Shown here piece after piece: positions 18,853 to 25,197 of a DNA stretch of 64,000 nt. Every line of letters begins with the position of its first letter. Position 1 is the first letter of the stretch. The notes beneath the pieces are model-generated. The model ran no database searches. It saw nothing but the letters and a program-made list of their open reading frames with translations, and had not been told where the DNA came from. The position numbers and the translations under genes were made by a program. The stretch is from Piscinibacter sp. (lineage in GTDB: Bacteria; Pseudomonadota; Gammaproteobacteria; Burkholderiales; Burkholderiaceae_C), in assembly GCA_044223035.1 (NCBI GenBank), contig JBGAMJ010000013.1, positions 1,253 to 65,252 on the forward strand, read 5' to 3'.

Positions 18853-20934
18853 TCATTGAATATCAAGGGAAATCTGTCGAGGATCCACTGTTAGCGGACC
18901 TCGTCCAGGGGAAGTTCGTGTTGCGTTGGTGCCCAGACGGTGAACGTCAGTGGCCCTGATGACCCAGGGCGCCCCCTTGCACGCCTGCGTGGCCGCGAGT
19001 TGCCCGGCGCCGATCATGCGCAGCACCGTCATCGTGCTGATACCAAGGGCCTCGGCGGCCTGCTCGAGTGTCAACTCACCGCGTGCCTCGCGTTCCCCGG
19101 TCTTGTAGACGTCGATGTGGTTGTCGCATCGGAATGAGCGCACGCGCATCTCGGTCCAGGTGTGGTCCTTGGCAGTGCGATGTCCGAGACGATTCAGCAG
19201 CGCAGCAATGCCGCCGTCATTGAGTTGGCGGGCGAGCTGCGTGATCAGTGTCTGGACCTCGACATTGGTCGTCCAGCGGTGCTGTCCGACGCGGTTCTTC
19301 ACCACGTTCAGCTCGGTATGGTCGCCACCGTGCCAATGGATGACGAGTTCGACGCGCGCGTCGGCCACGCGCGCCACGACCTCCCTGATGACGCAGCGCA
19401 GGATGCGCTTGCGCACTTCGTTGCCGGCCGAGGGGTGGGACCAGGCACGCGGCAAGTCGGCGCCGAGCGCCAACAGATCCTCGCGCTGCCGCGGCGTCAG
19501 GCCCGAATCGGCCTGCACCAGCAGCGCCTCGATCTGCGCCTCGCGCTGCACGACCTCGGCAAGCCGCTCGTTCCAGCGTCGCTCGAGCTCGGCGGCGACC
19601 AGGCGATTGCCGGGGTCCACGGCATCGAATTGCCGCTGGGCACGAGCGGCCTCGAAGCGCGCCTGCTCCAGTGCGAGTTCGAGCTGCCGGCGCTTGCCCT
19701 GTCCATCGTCGGCGCGTTGCTCGATGGCGTGCAGCGCCGCCTCTACGCCGATTGGCCCGAGCGCGCTCAGGACTTCGCGGCCGACCGCCTCGTCCACGCG
19801 CAGCGAGCCGAAGGAGATGCAGCCCTGGGGCAAACCGTGGTTGATCGCGGCACCCTTGCAGTGGTAGCGGCCCACAGTGCCTTGGCTCCCACCATAGGCC
19901 ACATGCAGCTTGCGTCCGCAGTGCGCACAACGCAGCAACCCAGGCAGCAGGGCCTCGCCGCGACGCAGCGCGCCTCGGGCCATGCCGCCGCCGCGCATGT
20001 TGGTGTTGTCGGCGATCACGCGCTGGTTGTGCTCGTAGGTGGTCCAGTCAATGTAGCCGTCGTGATGTTCCTGGATCAAGACCTGCCAGTGCTCGCGCGC
20101 ACGGCGGTGGCCCCGTACGACGCGCTTGCGCCCGGCTTCGATGCGCACGCGGGTCTCGGTGCGGCCGAAGGCGTAGGCGCCGGCGTACACAGGGTTGGAC
20201 AGGATGTGCAAGACGGTGTTGTAGCTCGGCAGCCTCCACACCACGCTGCGTCGGCCGTCGTCATAGATCGCGGCTGGCAGTTCGATGCGCTCCTGCCGGA
20301 ACCACAGCAGCACCTGGCGCACGCTGCCCGCCTGCGCGAACCGACTGAACACCGCCCCGATGGCCTCCCGGATGCGCAGGTCGGCGTCGAGTTCGATCCG
20401 GTCACCCTCGCTGCGGACGAAGCCGATGGCCACCGTGGTGTGCAGATCTCCCCGCGCAGCCTTGAGCTTGAGGGCCTCGACGGATCGCTGGCGCAGCAGC
20501 GACAGTTCCATCTCCGACATCGTTCCCTTCATGCCCAGCAGCAACCTGTCGTTGACGCTGCGCGGGTCGTAGACGCCGTCCTCATCGACGATGACGCTGC
20601 CCACCAGAGCGCAGAATTCCAGCAGCGTATGCCAGTCCCGCCCATTGCGTGCCAGCCGCGAGGCTTCGATGGAGACGACGGCACCGACCTGGCCGCCGCA
20701 GATCGCGGCCAGCAGCCGTTCGAAGCCGGGCCGGGCCACGCCGCCGGCGGATACGCCGAGATCGTCGTCGATCACCACGACTTCGGTCCATCCCAGCGCC
20801 CGAGCGCGATCGGCCAAGGCGTACTGGCGTCGGCGACTCTCGTGGTTGTTGCGCAACTGGTCGGCGGTGGACTGCCGCACGTACACGTAGGCACCACGGG
20901 CCAAGTGCTCAGGGCTGATCTTGCTCATCGTCAT
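18853..20934 (-). CDS. large serine recombinase (resolvase + recombinase + zinc-ribbon domains, coiled coil, C-terminal HTH)
   Basis: 693 aa. Catalytic-serine motif YVYVRQSTADQL, resolvase core (VVSIEASRLARNGRDW), a Cys pair set (CAHCGRKLH...YHCKG), a long helical region, and a C-terminal MerR/excisionase-like HTH (LTLEQAAEALGISTMTVLRMIGAGQL). Confidence 0.9.
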   Translation of the reverse strand: MTMSKISPEHLARGAYVYVRQSTADQLRNNHESRRRQYALADRARALGWTEVVVIDDDLGVSAGGVARPGFERLLAAICGGQVGAVVSIEASRLARNGRDWHTLLEFCALVGSVIVDEDGVYDPRSVNDRLLLGMKGTMSEMELSLLRQRSVEALKLKAARGDLHTTVAIGFVRSEGDRIELDADLRIREAIGAVFSRFAQAGSVRQVLLWFRQERIELPAAIYDDGRRSVVWRLPSYNTVLHILSNPVYAGAYAFGRTETRVRIEAGRKRVVRGHRRAREHWQVLIQEHHDGYIDWTTYEHNQRVIADNTNMRGGGMARGALRRGEALLPGLLRCAHCGRKLHVAYGGSQGTVGRYHCKGAAINHGLPQGCISFGSLRVDEAVGREVLSALGPIGVEAALHAIEQRADDGQGKRRQLELALEQARFEAARAQRQFDAVDPGNRLVAAELERRWNERLAEVVQREAQIEALLVQADSGLTPRQREDLLALGADLPRAWSHPSAGNEVRKRILRCVIREVVARVADARVELVIHWHGGDHTELNVVKNRVGQHRWTTNVEVQTLITQLARQLNDGGIAALLNRLGHRTAKDHTWTEMRVRSFRCDNHIDVYKTGEREARGELTLEQAAEALGISTMTVLRMIGAGQLAATQACKGAPWVIRATDVHRLGTNATRTSPGRGPLTVDPRQISLDIQ

Positions 20935-21109
20935 TCTCCGGGCATTGAGTGACGTCGGCCTGACGGACCACCTGCCAAAGCAGCTGGCTGAGCAGCTCGA
21001 CGAGTTCGTCGCGGTGCAGTTGCAGACTCGTCAAGGGCGCAGGGGCCGACGCGGTGCCGAACAGGTCGGGCTGCACCGGCAGATACGCCCGCGGCAGGAT
21101 TGGCTTCAT
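20909..21109 (-). CDS. small ORF (66 aa) overlapping the LSR start; function unknown
   Basis: MKPILPRAYLPVQPDLFG...LLSQLLWQVV... GGAGGTG lies just upstream of ATG 21109. The stop overlaps the LSR start by 26 nt. No recognisable domain. Confidence 0.35.
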   Translation of the reverse strand: MKPILPRAYLPVQPDLFGTASAPAPLTSLQLHRDELVELLSQLLWQVVRQADVTQCPENDDEQDQP

Positions 21110-21419
21110 CGACACCTCCAGGTGGCAGGGCAACGGTCGATGAAGATAGGACGGCGTCGAGTTCTCGCCGCAGCGCCAGCAACGAACTCAGCAGCTGTCG
21201 CGGCGGCCAATGCGTGGGGACGTCGCCGGCGGTGGGCAGCGTCATCCACTGCGGCAGATGTGCCCTGGTGCCGTCGGGCTGTCGAATGATCAGATAGTCG
21301 TCCGGGCCGTGCCTGGATCGGCCCAGCACCTCGACCTCTTCACCCACCCGCGGGTGGAATGGATAGTGGATGCGAACCAGCGCTACACGCTGTTCGCGGG
21401 CAGTATGTGACTGCTTCGC
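20931..21419 (-). CDS. small protein resembling the Y4bD/Y4pK (DUF5372-like) family; no canonical start inside the integrated element
   Basis: The frame is open from the element's right edge: (A)KQSHTAREQRVALVRIHYPFHPRVGEEVEVLGRSRHGPDDYLIIRQPDGTRAHLPQWMT... The first canonical start is GTG 21347, after the conserved HYPFHP motif. The C-terminal ~60 codons are low-complexity and overlap the 66-aa ORF. Confidence 0.4.
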   Translation of the reverse strand, partial: AKQSHTAREQRVALVRIHYPFHPRVGEEVEVLGRSRHGPDDYLIIRQPDGTRAHLPQWMTLPTAGDVPTHWPPRQLLSSLLALRRELDAVLSSSTVALPPGGVDEANPAAGVSAGAARPVRHRVGPCALDESATAPRRTRRAAQPAALAGGPSGRRHSMPGE

Positions 21420-21886
21420 CGGGCGTGGGCAAGACGCACCTGGCCGTCTCGCTCGGGCTCAAGGCGATCGCCTGCGGCTACCGCGTGCTCTTCACGACTG
21501 CGGCGAACCTGATCACCGCGCTGACTCGGGCGCACACCGAGGGCCGCCTCGACGAGAAGCTGAAGGTCTACGCCACGCCGCGGCTGCTGATCATCGACGA
21601 GATCGGGTACCTGCCCATCGACCGGCTGGGCGCGAACCTGTTCTTCCAGCTGATCAGCCGGCGCTACGAGCGCGGGCCGATGATCCTGACGAGCAACCAG
21701 AGCTTCTCGGCATGGGGCGACGTCTTCGGCGACAGGATCATCGCCACGGCCATCCTCGATCGGCTGCTGCACCACGCCGTCACGCTCAACATCCGCGGCA
21801 ACTCGTACCGCCTCAAGGACAAGCTCAAGGCCGGTCTGATCCGGGCCCATGACAACGACGGTTCCCAACCGGGTGGGGAAATTTAG
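21419..21886 (+). pseudogene. istB: istB 3' part (Walker A onward)
   Basis: PGVGKTHLAVSLGLKAIACGYRVLFTT..., Walker B LLIIDEIGYLP, ...TSNQSFSAWGDVF...AILDRLLHH: the IstB AAA+ core. Confidence 0.85.
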
Positions 21887-21923
21887 GCTGCCACGAGTGG
21901 GGAAAATTGAAATGCCGTTGACA

Positions 21924-21992
21924 GTCCTCCTTCGTCGTGTCCGCGCGCTGCTTGAGCCGGGCCCGGATCGACGCGGCGCGGTTGACCGTCAT
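21924..21992 (-). pseudogene. 5' stub (23 codons) of an AbiEii-type nucleotidyltransferase toxin gene, cut by the IS21 right end
   Basis: MTVNRAASIRARLKQRADTTKED matches the characteristic AbiEii N-terminus. Its ATG overlaps the AbiEi stop (ATGA). The reading frame then runs into the IS21 inverted repeat. Confidence 0.6.
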
Positions 21993-22603
21993 GCGGTGAT
22001 GGCCTCGACGTACGGCCGCATCACGCGCGTCATGCGGCCGGCCTCGGCATGGCGCCACAGCTCGTCGATGGTGAACTTTCGCTTCGACCAGCCGTCGCGC
22101 AGCGCTTCGATGGCGACATCGACGCCGATCTTGTTGCGGAAGCGGAAGGTATCGACCACCGTCTTCGCGGCGCTGAACACGGGAACGGCAACACCGTCCA
22201 CCATGATGTGCTGGACCCCGTCGACGAGGGACTGGTCGGACATGCGGATGACGCGCAGCTGCGGCTGGACAAGCCTGGGCACGGCGGCGCGGTGCGGGAG
22301 TGCGAGCCACACTTCGAAGGGCGCCTGCGTGCCGATGTCGTGCACGCGAAGCGCCGAGAGCAGGCAGACCACGCCCTTGGGCACCCGCAGCGCCACCTCG
22401 GCCAGCGACCGGTGCTCGCTGACGGATGCACCCGGAAGCCCGTACATCCCGCGTGCGAGCCGCTCCAGCTTTCCGGCCTGCACCAGGCGTGTCAGTGCCA
22501 CCGTCGGCAGCCCGTACGCGGCCAGGTCACGGGCACGCAGCAGTCTGCGCAGCTTCGCCAGGCGCAGCACTTGGGCTTCGTGCGTTGGGCTCGCGGGAGC
22601 CAT
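21989..22603 (-). CDS. type IV toxin-antitoxin AbiEi-family antitoxin/transcriptional regulator
   Basis: 204 aa: N-terminal wHTH (RARDLAAYGLPTVALTRLVQAGKLERLARGMY) and the AbiEi C-terminal domain (...VPVFSAAKTVVDTFRFRNKIGVDVAIEALRD). Confidence 0.8.
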   Translation of the reverse strand: MAPASPTHEAQVLRLAKLRRLLRARDLAAYGLPTVALTRLVQAGKLERLARGMYGLPGASVSEHRSLAEVALRVPKGVVCLLSALRVHDIGTQAPFEVWLALPHRAAVPRLVQPQLRVIRMSDQSLVDGVQHIMVDGVAVPVFSAAKTVVDTFRFRNKIGVDVAIEALRDGWSKRKFTIDELWRHAEAGRMTRVMRPYVEAITA

Positions 22604-22687
22604 GATAGGTGTTGCAAAAAGTAGGAGATTATCGTCCAAATCCGAGAAAACACAACGACGCCACGGCGCACGAACCTGACTCTCGCT

Positions 22688-24127
22688 TCACGTCGACCCA
22701 CTCACCAGCCGCAGCCGCCGCGCCAGCGCCGCCTCGATGGCAGCGCCCAGCTTTGCCCAGGCTTGCTTCGTCTCGTCGGCATAGTCGTGCTTCACGTAGT
22801 GCCGCCGAACGCGGCTGCCGGCGAGCACGTGGTTCTGGCAGCGGTCGATCACGTCGGGCATCACGCCCAGCGCCTGCATCATCGTGGCGCCGGTGCGGCG
22901 CAGGTCGTGCGGCGTCCATTCGCCGTTCTCGCCGCCCGAGAGCACCAGGCTGTTGTCGTTGCGCCGGTTGCGCAGGGCTTTGCGCTGCTTGAAGCGGTGC
23001 TGGCGGTCGCCGACCTGCTTGCTCACCGACTTCACGTCCACGTGGGACTCGCCGTCGCGGCCGGGGAAGCACCAGCACGTCTTCCCGGTGCGTGCATGCA
23101 GCGCGCGGAACTGGCGCAGCGCGAACGGCGACAGGTAAACGAAGTGATCGCGCTTCTTGCCGCGCGAGCCTTTCACATTCTCCTTCGGCACGAACCAGGT
23201 ACCGGCCTCGAAGTCCACATGCCGCCACTCGGTCATCAACAGCTCGCCGATGCGGCACAGCGTGGACAGGCACAGCCACAGCGCGGCTTGCGTCTCGGGC
23301 TCGACGGGGCGCACCGCGCTGCGCTTGTCGGGTGCGGTTTCGTAGTCGCGTGCCATCTGCTCGAAGCGGTCGCGCAGCTCGCGGATCTCGTCGTCATTCA
23401 GCACGCGCGAACGGATGTTGCTCAGGTCGTAGTCGGGATCGACGATCTTCGCAATCTCGACCAGCTCGGCCGGATTGCCGTCCTGCAGCAGCCTGCGCCA
23501 GGGCTGGCGCTTCTCGGCCCAGCGGAACATCTGCTTGATATTACGGTGGACCTCGACCGCCGTGCGGTTGACGCCGCGGGCCACCAGCGCGCGCAGCGCG
23601 CTGCGTACGTCGTGCTCAGTCACCGAGCGTACGGGTTTGGCACCGAGCGCCGGCAGCACGTCGCGCTCGAACGATCGGTTCAGTGCGGCATTGCCGTCGC
23701 GGCGCAGCACGCCGTCGCGGATCCACTGTTCGTAGAGGTCCTGCACCGAGGCGTCCTCGGAGCGGCGCCGTTCCTCGGCTGCAAGCGTGGCCTTCACCTG
23801 CTCGCGCGCCTCGATGCGATCGGCCTCGCGCTTGGCATTGGGGTCGAGGCCGCGCCGGAGCGTCTCGCGAGCCTCGTCGCGCGCGCGGCGGATGGCGGTG
23901 AGAGACGACATCGGCCAGGTTCCGCAGTAGTGCCATGCCTTCTTGCCCTCCCGTTTGTACTCGTAGCGGAAGTGCACGCGCGGCGCGCTGTCGCCGGCGG
24001 TGAACCGCACTGCGCCGACGAGCCCGTCGCCATCGCGCAGCGTGTCGCCGCGCCAGTCCGGCGGGACGGCTTTCAGCTCCGCCACGGTCCACTTTCGGCC
24101 GCGGCCCGACTTGGGGTAGCGGGTCAT
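22688..24127 (-). CDS. tyrosine-type site-specific integrase (P4-like, DUF4102-type N-terminus)
   Basis: 479 aa with arm-binding N-terminal domain, SAM-like core and a catalytic domain carrying R (LSTLCRIGELL), HDLRRTGATMM and a C-terminal ...RRHYVKHDY. Adjacent to the attR repeat. Confidence 0.9.
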   Translation of the reverse strand: MTRYPKSGRGRKWTVAELKAVPPDWRGDTLRDGDGLVGAVRFTAGDSAPRVHFRYEYKREGKKAWHYCGTWPMSSLTAIRRARDEARETLRRGLDPNAKREADRIEAREQVKATLAAEERRRSEDASVQDLYEQWIRDGVLRRDGNAALNRSFERDVLPALGAKPVRSVTEHDVRSALRALVARGVNRTAVEVHRNIKQMFRWAEKRQPWRRLLQDGNPAELVEIAKIVDPDYDLSNIRSRVLNDDEIRELRDRFEQMARDYETAPDKRSAVRPVEPETQAALWLCLSTLCRIGELLMTEWRHVDFEAGTWFVPKENVKGSRGKKRDHFVYLSPFALRQFRALHARTGKTCWCFPGRDGESHVDVKSVSKQVGDRQHRFKQRKALRNRRNDNSLVLSGGENGEWTPHDLRRTGATMMQALGVMPDVIDRCQNHVLAGSRVRRHYVKHDYADETKQAWAKLGAAIEAALARRLRLVSGST

Positions 24128-24141
24128 CTCGAACTTCTCCA

Positions 24142-24164
24142 GGGGTCCACCCAGGGGTCCACCG
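24142..24164 (+). promoter_or_regulatory. tandem GGGGTCCACC repeats in the integrase leader; candidate arm-type sites or operator
   Basis: Identical 23-mer to 15087-15109. Located between the predicted integrase promoter and the integrase ATG (24127). Confidence 0.45.
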
Positions 24165-24172
24165 GAAGTGGG

Positions 24173-24201
24173 ATTATGCGGGCAGATCCGGGATGGTCTA
24201 A
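24173..24201 (-). promoter_or_regulatory. candidate sigma-70 promoter of the integrase gene
   Basis: Minus strand reads TTAGAC (24201-24196), a 17-bp spacer, then CATAAT (24178-24173), in an AT-richer stretch upstream of the integrase gene. Confidence 0.35.
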
Positions 24202-24281
24202 GACGTAGTGTAGAGACTAAGTCATTGATATACAAAGGAATTTTCAGTCCAAGGAGATCCCGGGAAGTCTCGTCTTAATGC

Positions 24282-24327
24282 GCTACGAACCAAGGGGTCG
24301 TGGGTTCGAATCCTGCCAGCCGCGCCA
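24282..24327 (+). repeat. attR core: displaced 3' 46 nt of tRNA-Arg
   Basis: Exact copy of 14983-15028 with no 5' half of a tRNA in front of it. Confidence 0.9.
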
Positions 24328-24419
24328 GAATTTCGGTTCTGGATCAACGCCTTAGAGGTTTGCGCCTCTTGGGCGGTTTTTTGCGCCGCGTCGGCTCCTG
24401 CAACATCCGTACGCTCGGC

Positions 24420-25158
24420 GCCCGCTCGATCCATTCCCACTCGCGCTCGCACTTTCGCAGGATCGCGCGCACGATCTCCAACACGCGGTTGGTTGTCGCC
24501 GGTGTACGGCCTCGAGAACTTCTTCCAGCATGAGTGCCACCTGCTGGTGCGCACGCCGCGGGCGAAGCTGCCTGACGGCCCGGTTCAACTGGTCAAGCCG
24601 GTCGGCGGAGGCCCCTCGGGCTTCACCCTGCCGTTCGAGGCGTTGATCCTGACGCTGGCCCGGCAGATGCCATTTGCGGCCGTGGCACGCATGGTGGGTG
24701 GATCGGCGTGCCGCGTGATGGCGGTGTGCCGAAGCCATGTCGTCCCGGCGCTGGAAGCGGCCGGCTTCAGCCAGGCCAAGGCGCTGGCGATCGACGAGAC
24801 AGCGCGCTCGCGCAGACACGACTACATCACCCTGGCCGCGGACGCCCTCGAGCGTCGGGTGCCCGGCGTCATCGCGGGACGGGACGCCGCGACCATCAAG
24901 ACCATCGCCACCGAACGGGACGAGTACGGCTGCCCGCCGGACAAGTCGCTCAAGGGCCTGCGCTGGGCACTGCGGAAGGATCGCGCCGCTCTCGAGCCCA
25001 AGGCCGCCGACCCGGACGCACCGATTGCTCGGATGACGCGCGAACGACCGCCCGAGCCTGGGTCTACAAGGAGCCGTTCCAGGCCGGCAAGCTCGACATC
25101 GCCGCCCTCAATCCTCATGCCCGATAAACCACTCGTCTTTCAACCGTGCCTCAAATGA
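24420..25158 (+). pseudogene. ISL3-family transposase remnant with an internal deletion
   Basis: ...LENFFQHECHLLVRTPRAKLPDG..., SGFTLPFEALILTLARQMPFAAVARMVG, AKALAIDETARSRRHDYITLAADA..., then a jump to a C-terminal-like LKGLRWALRKDRAAL. The DDE core is missing. Confidence 0.65.
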
Positions 25159-25197
25159 GGGCAACGAAGCCCAGCGCAGGCCCGGCGCGCGGCGAGG

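Larger units (their letters stand above)
18821..21420 (-). mobile_element. compact large-serine-recombinase element nested in istB
   Basis: Removing it restores GGG CCG CCG GGC GTG GGC AAG ACG (GPPGVGKT). Both junctions share CGCC (18817-18820 and 21417-21420). Imperfect inverted arms GCAGTATGT (21400-21408) and ACATGATGC (18831-18839). Carries an LSR gene and two small ORFs, all on the minus strand. Confidence 0.75.
17003..21923 (+). mobile_element. IS21-family insertion sequence, 4.9 kb because of a nested 2.6-kb insertion
   Basis: Terminal inverted repeats: TGTCAGTGGCAT... (17003) and ...ATGCCGTTGACA (21923). Each end carries repeated GGCAxxxxAAxxTCCCCA subterminal motifs, two per end, which is typical of IS21. 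istA and a split istB lie between the ends. Confidence 0.85.
14983..24327 (+). mobile_element. tRNA-Arg-integrated genomic island (about 9.3 kb), degenerate
   Basis: Bounded by perfect 46-bp direct repeats (14983-15028 and 24282-24327). Contains a tyrosine integrase next to the distal repeat, an IS21 element, an AbiE remnant and truncated cargo genes. Confidence 0.85.

Noticed and set aside
20931-21150. C-terminal ~70 codons of the 138-aa track ORF (…SSSTVALPPGGVDEANPAAGVSAGAARPVRH…)
   Set aside because: The stretch is low-complexity Ala/Gly/Pro/Arg and overlaps, in another frame, the 66-aa ORF that has a strong GGAGGTG ribosome-binding site. It may be read-through of an open GC-rich frame rather than real protein, so the true end of ORF1 is unresolved.
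16995-21931. Target-site duplication flanking the IS21 element
   Set aside because: The flanks (GCGCCGCA / GTCCTCCT) share no 4-8 bp repeat, so no duplication was called. This is interpreted as a rearrangement joint.
24362-24382. Hairpin plus T6 run after attR as a terminator feature
   Set aside because: The stem is only 4-5 bp (CGCC/GGCG). It is mentioned in the island finding but is too weak to list as a feature.
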